Shown: one piece after another, positions 35,885-44,972 of the stretch
Numbering within the stretch: the stretch's first letter is position 1
Layout of the letters: every line of letters starts with the position of its first letter
Assembly: GCA_965214945.1 (NCBI GenBank)
Contig: OZ244029.1
Coordinates: 125,256 to 189,255, forward strand
Length of the DNA: 64,000 nt
Reading direction: 5' to 3'
DNA from: Acidimicrobiales bacterium
GTDB lineage: Bacteria > Actinomycetota > Acidimicrobiia > Acidimicrobiales > Aldehydirespiratoraceae
Translations under genes and position numbers: made by a program
Notes under the pieces: generated by a model
Database searches by the model: none
The model's input: only the letters and a program-made list of their open reading frames with translations
What the model was told of the DNA's origin: nothing

Positions 35885-36817
35885 CTAGATCTCTTTGGAG
35901 GGGAAGCCGAGTCCGTCGTGGTCTCTGCCATCCATGTTGGCGTTGAGCCGGGCGTCGGCCATCAGCGATGCCACCACCGGCCCGAGCTCGGTGGGATCAT
36001 CGGGCTGAACGGTCGTCGGCCCCAGGTGCCAGCCTTCAGCTATGCCGAGGGTCTCGCCGCGGATGTCGAACACCCGGCCGGTCACGTTGGCGGCCTCGGG
36101 GCTGGCAAGCCACGTTGCGATCACTGCGATCCAGCGCGGGCTTATCGCCTGCTTGAAATCGTCGGAGGCCCCTTCGCCACCCATCAGCGGCGCGGTCAGA
36201 CGCGACCAGGCTGTGGGCGCGAGGCAGTTGACTGTGACCCCGTAACGCACCAGTTCCTGAGCGGCGATCACCGTGAACGCGGCGATGCCGGCCTTGGCTG
36301 CGCCGTAGTTGGTCTGGCCGATGTTGCCGTATATGCCCGACGGCGACGAGGTGTTGATGATGCGCCCGTAGGTCTCCTGGCCGGATTTGGCCTTCTGGCG
36401 CCAGTAAGCGCCTGCGTGATGCGACGGCCCGAACGTGCCTTTGAGGTGGACGGCGATCACCGTGTCCCAGTCTTCCTCCGACATGGTGAACATCATGCGG
36501 TCGCGCAGAATCCCGGCGTTGTTGATCACTATGTGAATGTCGCCGAAGGTGTCGATCGCCTGATCGATCATCGCCTTGCACTCGCTGAAGCTGGCCACGT
36601 TGGCACCGTTGACCGCCGCCGCGCCGCCTGCCGCGACGATGGCGTCGACCACTTCCTGGGCGGGGGTGATGTCGCCGCCGCCGCCGAACTGGTCGCCTCC
36701 GAGGTCGTTCACGACCACGCTGGCGCCGTGCTCGGCAAGCATCAGCGCATGCTCGCGTCCGATCCCGCGGCCTGCGCCGGTGACCAGCGCCACCTTGCCT
36801 TCAAGAAGTTTGCTCAT
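35885..36817 (-). CDS. SDR family oxidoreductase
   Basis: Start at MSKLLEGKVALVTGAGRGIG. Contains NNAG and YGAAK (YxxxK). Confidence 0.85.
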   Translation of the reverse strand: MSKLLEGKVALVTGAGRGIGREHALMLAEHGASVVVNDLGGDQFGGGGDITPAQEVVDAIVAAGGAAAVNGANVASFSECKAMIDQAIDTFGDIHIVINNAGILRDRMMFTMSEEDWDTVIAVHLKGTFGPSHHAGAYWRQKAKSGQETYGRIINTSSPSGIYGNIGQTNYGAAKAGIAAFTVIAAQELVRYGVTVNCLAPTAWSRLTAPLMGGEGASDDFKQAISPRWIAVIATWLASPEAANVTGRVFDIRGETLGIAEGWHLGPTTVQPDDPTELGPVVASLMADARLNANMDGRDHDGLGFPSKEI

Positions 36818-36973
36818 TGACTCCTCCGTCTTCCCGGGTGGGCGTTCCCGGATGGGTGATTCGGATAAAGCGTGCCACGCCGAGCTTTCGGCGGCTACCC
36901 CGGCAGCCATCACGAGCTGACCGGGGTCGCACAACCCGAGGCTGGAGGCTAACCCGGTGACTATCCCCGGCGG

Positions 36974-37582
36974 CTACCAGCCGCGGGCGACCCACTCGTC
37001 GAGGTGTGGCGACTCCTTGCCGATGGTGGTGTCCGCGCCGTGGCCGGGCAACACCACCGTGGACGCGTCGAACACCCGAAAGATGCGGTCTTCGATCGAT
37101 CTGATGATCGTATTGAAGTCACCGCCCTCAAAGTGAGTAGCGCCGGGCCCTCCGGGGAACAGCGTGTCACCGGTGAACAGCAGCGGAGTGCCTTCCACCT
37201 GGAACGACATCGAGCCGGGCGTGTGCCCCGGCGTGTGCAGCGTTCGCAGTCTCAGCCGCCCGACCTCGATCACCGTGTCGTCTTCCAGAAGATAGTCGTA
37301 GCTGGGCAGCATCGCCGCGTCCTCGGCGGTGACGCCTACCCGGTAGCCGGCCTCGCGCACCGCCGGTATAGCCTGGATGTGATCCCAGTGGCCGTGGGTC
37401 TCCAACACCGTGCGCACGCCGAGGGCGCGGCACAGCTCCAGCAGCCGGTCGTGTTCGTTGGCGGCGTCGATCAGCACTGCCTCGCCGGTGTCGGTGCAGC
37501 GCACCACGAAGACGTTGTTGTCGACCGGGCCGACCACCACCTTGTGAACCTCGACACCCGTGTCGGACCAGTGCAGAGTCAT
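36974..37582 (-). CDS. MBL-fold metallo-hydrolase (glyoxalase II-like)
   Basis: LETHGHWDHIQ (HxHxDH), HTPGHTPGS, and 202 aa. Confidence 0.85.
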   Translation of the reverse strand: MTLHWSDTGVEVHKVVVGPVDNNVFVVRCTDTGEAVLIDAANEHDRLLELCRALGVRTVLETHGHWDHIQAIPAVREAGYRVGVTAEDAAMLPSYDYLLEDDTVIEVGRLRLRTLHTPGHTPGSMSFQVEGTPLLFTGDTLFPGGPGATHFEGGDFNTIIRSIEDRIFRVFDASTVVLPGHGADTTIGKESPHLDEWVARGW

Positions 37583-37701
37583 AGTCGAACGCTACCGGAG
37601 CCCGCCGCCGCCGATGCCGGAAGCCTCGCCGACACTGCCGACTGGGGCGGAGCCGGTTAGGGTCACCCAGTCCAGCTCAGGCAACGAGACGGAGACCGCC
37701 A

Positions 37702-38262
37702 GTGGCGCCCATTCCATGCCCAGCCGCCGACGGATCGAGCAGAAAGCGGAAGAAGTTCCGCGAGCCGCCGCCGATGTGCATCAACCCAGCCAGGCGCTAC
37801 ACGGCCCTGATGCGCACCTCGATGGGCGACATCACGATTGCGCTCGACGCGGCCGGTGCGCCTCGCACCGTCAACAACTTCGTGGTGCTGTCGCGGTACC
37901 GCTACTACGACGGCGTCACGTTCCACCGCATCATCAAAGGCTTTGTGTGCCAGGGCGGCGACCCCACCGGAACCGGCAGGGGAGGCCCCGGCTACCGCTT
38001 CGCGGACGAACTCCCGAAGCCGGGTCGCTATGAGATTGGGTCGCTGGCGATGGCCAACGCCGGGCCCGACACCAACGGCAGTCAGTTTTTCATAATTTGC
38101 GGCCCTCAGGGAGCGAGCCTGCCTCCGCAGTACTCGCTGTTCGGAAAGGTCGTCGCCGGCCTTGACGTGGTGGACGCCATGTCGAGGGTGGCTGTCGACC
38201 GTAACGACCGGCCTGTCACGACCGTGGCCATCGAATCGGTGACGGTCACCGAGGCAGACTGA
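37702..38262 (+). CDS. peptidyl-prolyl cis-trans isomerase (cyclophilin type)
   Basis: Contains FHRIIKGFVCQGGDPTGTGRGGPGY and LAMANAGPDTNGSQFFI. The true start is probably internal (ATG 37774 or later). Confidence 0.85.
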   Translation: MAPIPCPAADGSSRKRKKFREPPPMCINPARRYTALMRTSMGDITIALDAAGAPRTVNNFVVLSRYRYYDGVTFHRIIKGFVCQGGDPTGTGRGGPGYRFADELPKPGRYEIGSLAMANAGPDTNGSQFFIICGPQGASLPPQYSLFGKVVAGLDVVDAMSRVAVDRNDRPVTTVAIESVTVTEAD

Positions 38263-38426
38263 GCGACACTGGTTCGTCAAAATCCAGTGATCGAAATTCC
38301 CTAAGCGACAGCCGCCAAGACCCGCCCGCTGGCCTCGTTGCCCGCTAGCACACATCCGATGGCGCCTGGGCCCCAAAACAGTCGCTAGACAACCCCCCGA
38401 GCAATCGCTTAGACAAGGAGCACTAA

Positions 38427-39278
38427 ATGGCAATCAGCACCGTCGGCGTGGTCGGCGTCGGAACGATGGGCAGCGGGATCGTGGAGGTTGCGGCCCGCTC
38501 CGGCCTTTCCGTCGTCGCCAAAGAAGCCTCCGCCGAGATGGCAGAGGCCAGCAAGGCGCGCGTGGAGCGCTCAATGGAGCGGGCAGTATCGCGAGGCAAG
38601 CTCGACGAAGCGGCCCGGGATGCCGCCGCGGAGGCCGTTGTCTGGACCGATAGCACCGATGACCTCGCCGGATGCGACCTCGTCGTGGAGGCCATCAACG
38701 AGGTCCTGTCGCTGAAGCTGGAGGTGTTCGGTGAACTCGACCGGGTGCTCGGCGACGACGCGATCCTGGCCACCAACACCTCGTCGATCCCCATTATCGA
38801 CATCGCAATGGGCACGTCACGTCCCGAGAAGGTGCTGGGCATGCACTTCTTCAACCCGGCAACGGTGATGAAGCTCGTGGAGATCATCAGCACCCAGCGA
38901 ACCGATCCGCAAGTGACCGCCGCCGCCTCGGCGTTCGCCGCCGACGTGCTCGGCAAGCGGGTTGTCACCGCCCCCGACCGGGCCGGCTTCATCGTCAACA
39001 AGCTGCTGATGCCCTACATCTGTCAGGCCATTGAGATGTACGAGGGCGGCCACGCCTCAGACGCCGACATCGACGACGCCATGCGTTTCGGCTGCGGCCA
39101 TCCCATGGGGCCGCTCGCGCTGGCGGACCTGATCGGGCTTGACGTGTGCCTGTTCACCGCCGAATCGCTTTATGAAGAATACGGCGAGCGGTTCTGCGCG
39201 CCGCCTCCGCTGCTGCGCAGGATGGTGGCCGCGGGCAAGCTGGGCCGAAAGACGAAGCAAGGCTTCTACCGGTACTAG
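38427..39278 (+). CDS. 3-hydroxybutyryl-CoA / 3-hydroxyacyl-CoA dehydrogenase
   Basis: VGVVGVGTMGSGI Rossmann motif, plus HFFNPA and GFIVNKLL. Confidence 0.9.
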   Translation: MAISTVGVVGVGTMGSGIVEVAARSGLSVVAKEASAEMAEASKARVERSMERAVSRGKLDEAARDAAAEAVVWTDSTDDLAGCDLVVEAINEVLSLKLEVFGELDRVLGDDAILATNTSSIPIIDIAMGTSRPEKVLGMHFFNPATVMKLVEIISTQRTDPQVTAAASAFAADVLGKRVVTAPDRAGFIVNKLLMPYICQAIEMYEGGHASDADIDDAMRFGCGHPMGPLALADLIGLDVCLFTAESLYEEYGERFCAPPPLLRRMVAAGKLGRKTKQGFYRY

Positions 39279-39633
39279 CCCAAAGCCTGGCCAGCTCCCG
39301 GGCCTGCATCTCCAGCGAGATCGCCAAGTAGGCCCGGCGATGGCTTCGGAGCAGCCACAGGCCGGTGAGGTACTCTCGCAGGTAGCGCCACAGGAACGCC
39401 GCCACGCCGAGCCGGGCGTACTGCAGCACATGCACCAGTTCGTGCGCCAACAGTTCCGGGGCGAGGACCCGGCCATCGGCACAAACCAGGTCGCGACGCA
39501 CGAAGACGATCCTGTCCAGCGTCATCGCGTCCGCCCCGCACGCGAGCCGCCTCACGGGCTGCACGCGCACCCTGCGGGACACGCCGGCCGGCAGACCGTA
39601 GTCGGCCTGCTCCGCTTCGGTGAGCGGCCTCAC
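39154..39633 (-). CDS. DUF4157-like HExxH zinc-metallopeptidase-motif protein
   Basis: LLAHELVHVLQY is the DUF4157 hallmark. The last ~40 codons are antisense to the 3' end of the dehydrogenase gene, so the true C-terminus is uncertain. Confidence 0.45.
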   Translation of the reverse strand: MRPLTEAEQADYGLPAGVSRRVRVQPVRRLACGADAMTLDRIVFVRRDLVCADGRVLAPELLAHELVHVLQYARLGVAAFLWRYLREYLTGLWLLRSHRRAYLAISLEMQARELARLWASTGRSLASSFGPACPRPPSCAAAEAARRTARRILHKAIRR

Positions 39634-39643
39634 GCCGTCGTTC

Positions 39644-40396
39644 TCACTCCCGCGGCCCTCCCGCTCGCGGCACCCAAGCTTCCAGCAGGCCCGGCAGCTC
39701 TCTCAGGCTGTCCAGGGTCACCACGGCGTCGAGGCGCGGCCCGTCCTGCCGGGCTTGTCGGCCGCGCTCTGGCTCAGGGCTCTCGGATTCGTGCTGCTCG
39801 TGACGCCAGGTCAGGTGATAGGGCACATGTACGGCCCTCCCGCCGATCTCCAGCACCGGCAGCACGTCCGACGGCAGCGAGTTGCCGACCATCACGAACC
39901 TGTCGACGTGGATGCCGTGGCGCTCAAGCACTCCGGCGTACACGGCGGCTTTTTTGTGCGGGACGACCTCCACCTGCCAAAAGCGATCGGCTAGTCCGCT
40001 TTCCTCCATCTTGGTCAGCTGGTCTTTCAGGTCGCCCTTGGTGATTACCATCAGCCGGTGATGGCCGAGCGCGTCAAGCACCTCGGGCACGCCTTCGAGC
40101 AGCTCCACGGGCCGGTCGAGCAGCGCTTTTCCGCGGTCGATGATCCCGAGGACGGCAGACGACTCGATCTCCCCGCCGCTGATCTTGACGGCGGCCTCGA
40201 TTTTCGACAGCGTGAACGCCTTGGCGCCGTAGCCGAAGCGTGCCAGGTTCGCCATCTGAACGTCGTGGAGCAGGTCGGACACCGTTTCGGCGTCGGCCCA
40301 CGGAGCGAGCAGCTCTTCGAAGCTGCGCTGCGCGGACTGGAAGTGGTCTTCGTTGTGCCACAGAGTGTCGTCCGCGTCGAAGGCGACGGTCAGCAT
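39644..40396 (-). CDS. HAD-superfamily hydrolase
   Basis: Start at MLTVAFDADDTLW (DxD motif). Also contains ITKGD and VGNSLPSDV. Confidence 0.75.
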   Translation of the reverse strand: MLTVAFDADDTLWHNEDHFQSAQRSFEELLAPWADAETVSDLLHDVQMANLARFGYGAKAFTLSKIEAAVKISGGEIESSAVLGIIDRGKALLDRPVELLEGVPEVLDALGHHRLMVITKGDLKDQLTKMEESGLADRFWQVEVVPHKKAAVYAGVLERHGIHVDRFVMVGNSLPSDVLPVLEIGGRAVHVPYHLTWRHEQHESESPEPERGRQARQDGPRLDAVVTLDSLRELPGLLEAWVPRAGGPRE

Positions 40397-40452
40397 GCCT
40401 GCGAGCTTAGGCAGGCCGCTGTCGGCGCGGGCCCGGCCACGGGCGCCGCGGC

Positions 40453-41958
40453 ATGATCCGCCCGGTCGCCCTGGCACTCGGCGTTGCGGTCGCCGTGCTT
40501 ATCGGGTACACGGTGATGTCGCCGCCCGGTGACGAATGGGTGTCCCCGGTCGTCACCACCACGACCACGACGACTGCCGCACCTACGACCACCACAACGA
40601 CAACGACTACGACCACCGTCGCGCCTTTTGAGGGATGGGTCGACCCGGTGTCTTCGGGCCGGCCCTGGGGGAGCGTCGCAGGGTTGTTGACGTTCCGCGG
40701 CAACCCCACTCGCACCTACTACGGACGCGGGCCGGTGCCCGCTGATCCGAGCATCGTGTGGCGTTTCCCAGAAGGTGCGGCCATGTGCTCGCACTCCTCG
40801 TTGGGGTCCGATGTCCGCGAGTGGTGCGGCTCAGGCTGGACCGGGCAGCCTGCGGTCTTCGAGCGCGACGGCAAGACCTGGGCGGTGGTCGGCGCCTTCA
40901 GCCGCAACCTTCATTTCCTCGACGCCGACACCGGAGAGCGGCTGCTGCCAGACTTCGAGACCGGCGACATTATCAAGGGCTCGGTGACCATCGACCCCGA
41001 TGGATATCCGCTGGCGTACTTCGGCAGCCGCGACGACAAGTACCGGGTGGTTTCCTTCGACGGCGACGCGCCCGCGGAGCTGTGGGCGCTGAACGCCAAC
41101 GACGTGAGCCCTGTGCGCTGGAACAACGACTGGGACGGCGCCGGCCTGGTGCTTGACGACTACCTGCTGGTGGGGGGAGAGAACTCGCAGTTCCACATCG
41201 CGAAGCTCAACCGCAGCTACAGCGACGACGGACGGGTTGCGGTCGACCCGCGGCTCGTGTTCAACGCGCCCGGCTGGGACGAAGAGCTGATCACCGCGGT
41301 CGGAGGGAATGTGTCCATCGAGAACTCGGTGGCCGTGAGCGGCAACGTCGCCTACTTCGCCAACTCCGGCGGCCTGGTGCAGGGTTGGGACATCACCGGG
41401 CTGGCCGATGGCAAGCAACCCGAGCGTGTGTTCCGCTTCTGGACTGGCGACGACACCGACGCCACGCTGGTGATCGACGCCGAGGGGATGATCTACGCCG
41501 CTGTTGAGTACGAACGCGGCACTGCTAGGTCGCACGAAGTGGGACAGATCGTCAAGCTCGATCCCGGCAGGCCCGACGACCCGATGGTGTGGGGCGTGGC
41601 GGCGCGCGGCGCCTTGAACGCCTCGGGTGTGTGGGCCACGCCAGCGCTGCACCGCGATCTGCTGATCGTTCCCACCAACCAGGGCGACGCTTTGGGCATC
41701 GACACCTCCACCGGCGACGTGCGCTGGACTGTGGATCTGGGTCATTCGACCTGGTCGAGCCCGGCGGTCGTCGACGATGTCTGGATCCAGGCCGACTGCG
41801 GGGGATTGCTGCGCGCCTTCGACGTGAGCGACACGACTCGGGTGCCGCCGGAGCTGTGGCGGATCGACCTGGGCGCGTGCATCGAGTCCACTCCGGCTGT
41901 GTGGGACGGGCTGGTGACGGTGGGCACCAAAGGCGGCTGGATTTACGGGATCCGCTGA
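40453..41958 (+). CDS. membrane-anchored PQQ-like/BamB-like beta-propeller repeat protein
   Basis: N-terminal TM helix, a poly-Thr linker (TTTTTTTAAPTTTTTTTTTTT), and repeated W/GG propeller blades (WSSPAVVDD, ESTPAVWDG). Confidence 0.65.
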   Translation: MIRPVALALGVAVAVLIGYTVMSPPGDEWVSPVVTTTTTTTAAPTTTTTTTTTTTVAPFEGWVDPVSSGRPWGSVAGLLTFRGNPTRTYYGRGPVPADPSIVWRFPEGAAMCSHSSLGSDVREWCGSGWTGQPAVFERDGKTWAVVGAFSRNLHFLDADTGERLLPDFETGDIIKGSVTIDPDGYPLAYFGSRDDKYRVVSFDGDAPAELWALNANDVSPVRWNNDWDGAGLVLDDYLLVGGENSQFHIAKLNRSYSDDGRVAVDPRLVFNAPGWDEELITAVGGNVSIENSVAVSGNVAYFANSGGLVQGWDITGLADGKQPERVFRFWTGDDTDATLVIDAEGMIYAAVEYERGTARSHEVGQIVKLDPGRPDDPMVWGVAARGALNASGVWATPALHRDLLIVPTNQGDALGIDTSTGDVRWTVDLGHSTWSSPAVVDDVWIQADCGGLLRAFDVSDTTRVPPELWRIDLGACIESTPAVWDGLVTVGTKGGWIYGIR

Positions 41959-42059
41959 CCGGCTTGCGGGCGTCCCGATAGAGCCGCGAATCGGTTTCGA
42001 AGGCTAAACGCCGGTGCCCGGAGTTCGAGAGCCGGCGCCGGAGTCTGCGGGCGTTGGCT

Positions 42060-43529
42060 TTAGCGGTTTGCGGTGTCTTCGGTCGCGCCGCCCGGCGCGC
42101 GGCGATGCCAGATCGTGCCGGCTGGTGTGTCTTCCACAATCGCGCCCAGTGCGGTCAGCTGGTCGCGGATGGCGTCGGCGACTGCCCAGTCCCGGGCCTC
42201 GCGGGCCTTCTGTCGGCGTTCCACAAGCTGCTCGATGACGCTGTCGTCGCCTCGTGCGGCGCCGGCTTCGATGCCCAGTACTCCAGCTAGGCCGATAGCG
42301 GTCGCTGCCAGCGGGCCGGCCTCGTCAGCGCCGGCGTCGAGGGCCGCATTGGCCCGGCGCACGGTGTCGAACACCACTGCGGTCGCTGCGGGCGTGCCCA
42401 GGTCGTCGTCCATGGCTTCCTGAAAGGCCCGCACCTCAGCGGCCCCTGCCCCCCCGGCCACGCGGCCTCGGCCGGATACACCAACAGGCTCTTCGCCATA
42501 AGGCGAAACCTGGGCGAAGCCGCTCAGGGCGGCACCAGCGGCCGCCGCACGGCGATGTAGCGCGTCCAGCCGGCTCACCGCCGCTCTCGCCGAGCCCAAA
42601 GCGCGCGGCGCGACCTCCATCGTCTTTCGGTAGTGCGACCTCAGCACCAGCAGCCGCAAAGCCCGGCCGTTGTCGGGGTGGGCTTCGAGCAGCTCGGAGA
42701 TCGTCAAGAAATTACCGATCGACTTGGACATCTTGTCGCCGGCGACGTTGAGCATGGCGTTGTGCAGCCAATGGCCGGCGAACGACCGCCCCGCGGCCAG
42801 CGCCTCAGCTCGCTCGTTGGTGTGGTGCGGGAACACCAGATCGTCGCCGCCGCCGTGCAGATCAAACCCATCGCCGAGCAGCCCGAGGCTCATCGCCGCG
42901 CACTCGATGTGCCAGCCGGGGCGCCCTGGGCCCCAAGGCGACGCCCATGCAGGCTCGCCCGGTTTGGCTGTCTTCCACAACGCGAAGTCGAGCGGGTCTT
43001 CCTTAGCCTCGTCGACCTCCACGCGGCTGCCCGCAGAGGCGCGCAAATCTTCCAGGCCGCGGTGCACGAGATCGGTGTAGCCGGGTACTTCGCGCACCCT
43101 CAAGTACACGCCAGCCTCGGTGGTGTAGGCACCGCCCGCAGCCGCGATCACCTCCGTGAGCGCCACCATCTCGTTCACCCATTCGGTGGCGCGGGGCCGC
43201 TCATGGGGGGCGAGCACGCCGAGCGCGTCCATCGCTTCGGTGTAAACCACCTCGAACTCGGCGGCCACCTCCGGCTCGCTGCGGCCCTCGCGCCGTGCCC
43301 GTTCGATGATCTTGTCGTCGATGTCGGTGATGTTGGCGACATGGCGGACCGCCAGGCCCCGCCACTGCAGGTAGCGCCGCAGCACGTCGTAGGTGAGCGC
43401 CGAGCGGGCGTGCCCGAGATGCGGGACGTCGTAGACGGTGGGGCCGCATACGTATATCGACACCTCGCCCTTGCACCGCAGGCGCAGAGGCCGCACCCGG
43501 CCGGTGAGCGTGTCGTGCAGGCAGATCAC
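42060..43529 (-). CDS. cysS: cysteine--tRNA ligase
   Basis: HIGH motif (PHLGHARS), KMSKS, and 489 aa with a C-terminal anticodon-binding/DALR-type region. Confidence 0.9.
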   Translation of the reverse strand: MICLHDTLTGRVRPLRLRCKGEVSIYVCGPTVYDVPHLGHARSALTYDVLRRYLQWRGLAVRHVANITDIDDKIIERARREGRSEPEVAAEFEVVYTEAMDALGVLAPHERPRATEWVNEMVALTEVIAAAGGAYTTEAGVYLRVREVPGYTDLVHRGLEDLRASAGSRVEVDEAKEDPLDFALWKTAKPGEPAWASPWGPGRPGWHIECAAMSLGLLGDGFDLHGGGDDLVFPHHTNERAEALAAGRSFAGHWLHNAMLNVAGDKMSKSIGNFLTISELLEAHPDNGRALRLLVLRSHYRKTMEVAPRALGSARAAVSRLDALHRRAAAAGAALSGFAQVSPYGEEPVGVSGRGRVAGGAGAAEVRAFQEAMDDDLGTPAATAVVFDTVRRANAALDAGADEAGPLAATAIGLAGVLGIEAGAARGDDSVIEQLVERRQKAREARDWAVADAIRDQLTALGAIVEDTPAGTIWHRRAPGGATEDTANR

Positions 43530-43562
43530 TGCGCCGGGTCTCGGATCTGGGGGCTGGTGCCG

Positions 43563-44819
43563 TCAGGCGTGCTGCGGCCGCGGCACGGACACGCCGCACA
43601 GCTCGCACAGCTCGGCCAAAACCGACGGCGCGGACCCGGCTCGGTTGCCCGCGGCGAGCACCGCCTCGGCGAACTCTGCCAGCACAGCCCTGGCTCGGGG
43701 GGCGTCGAGGTCGTCATCTAGCGCGTCGCGCAGCCTTTGAGCGAACGGTGCTGGGTCAACGTCGCCGTCTCGGTCGCGCAGCGCGGTCCTCACGCCTTCG
43801 CCTACACCGGCGCCGGCTCGGTCACCCGGCGTGCTGCCGTGGGCGACGGCCTCGCAGAGCGTGTCCAGCAGCTCGGCGCCGTCGTTGAGGTCGTCGTCGT
43901 TCCATTCCCAGTCGGCTCGGTAATGGCGGCCCATGAGCGCCAGCCGGATCGCGGCCGGGTCGGCCCGCTTGGCCAGCTCGCTGACGAACACCAGATTGCC
44001 CCTGGACTTCGACATCTTCTCGCCCTCGTAGGCCACCATGCCGCAGTGCATCCAATGCTTCACGAATGGCTCACCGGTTGCGGCCTCCGACTGGGCCAGC
44101 TCGCACTCGTGATGCGGGAACACCAGGTCGCTGCCGCCGCCGTGGATGTCGATGCCCGATCCGAGGAGCCCCAGCGACATGGCACTGCATTCGATGTGCC
44201 AGCCGGGCCGTCCCGGTCCGAACGGCGAGTTCCACACCGGCTCGTCGGCTTTCGACGGCTGCCACAACACGAAGTCGAGCGGGTTGTGCTGGCGGGGGTC
44301 GTCGGGGGTTCCGCCCCTCTCGGCTGCCAGGGCCCGCATCTCCTGCTCGTCGAGACCGCCCAGTCTCCCGAACTCCGGCCAGGTGGACACATCGAACCAG
44401 GTGGTGCCGTCGCGGCTGTAGGCGTGGCCTCCGGCGACAAGCTGCTCGATGAGGGTGACCATCTCGTCAGTCCAGTCGGTGGCCCTAGGCTCGGCGGCCG
44501 GCGGGCGAGTGTTGAGCGCGTCCATGTCGTCGTGGAACCGAGCGGTCTCCGACGCGGCGAGCTCCAGGAAGTCGACGCCCAGCTCGCGGGCTTTGGGCAG
44601 GATCGAGTCGTCCACGTCGGTGATGTTGCGCACCAGCCTCACTGTGTGGCCCAGGTCTTCCAGCCGCCGGATTAGCAGGTCGTATGCCAGGTACGTGTGC
44701 GCATGCCCGAGATGTGTGCTGTCATAAGGTGTGATTCCACACACATACATGCGCACTTCTCGCCCTTCGGCGGGCAGAAAGTCAACCGCTCGCCGCGAGG
44801 CGGTGTCGTAGAGGCGCAC
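43563..44819 (-). CDS. mshC: L-cysteine:1D-myo-inositol 2-amino-2-deoxy-alpha-D-glucopyranoside ligase (mycothiol ligase)
   Basis: CysRS paralogue of 418 aa with THLGHAH, KMSKS and NITDVDDSI. It has no tRNA anticodon-binding extension, and its size is typical of MshC. Confidence 0.75.
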   Translation of the reverse strand: MRLYDTASRRAVDFLPAEGREVRMYVCGITPYDSTHLGHAHTYLAYDLLIRRLEDLGHTVRLVRNITDVDDSILPKARELGVDFLELAASETARFHDDMDALNTRPPAAEPRATDWTDEMVTLIEQLVAGGHAYSRDGTTWFDVSTWPEFGRLGGLDEQEMRALAAERGGTPDDPRQHNPLDFVLWQPSKADEPVWNSPFGPGRPGWHIECSAMSLGLLGSGIDIHGGGSDLVFPHHECELAQSEAATGEPFVKHWMHCGMVAYEGEKMSKSRGNLVFVSELAKRADPAAIRLALMGRHYRADWEWNDDDLNDGAELLDTLCEAVAHGSTPGDRAGAGVGEGVRTALRDRDGDVDPAPFAQRLRDALDDDLDAPRARAVLAEFAEAVLAAGNRAGSAPSVLAELCELCGVSVPRPQHA

Positions 44820-44972
44820 CTTGCGAGGCTACCGCCTGGGGGCAAGGCGGCGGGGGCAAGGCGGCAGGAACTCAGATCCTGGCTGTAATTGGCCACCGAA
44901 GAAAGATCGCGGACAGAACTGAGCCCGTAGCCGCCAACCCCGTGCCGAAGAGAAGGCGACCTGAAGCGGCCT

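Noticed and set aside
40555-40620. Run of acc/acg codons (poly-Thr) considered as a DNA-level repeat element
   Set aside because: It is in frame within the beta-propeller gene and encodes an ordinary Thr-rich linker after the TM anchor.
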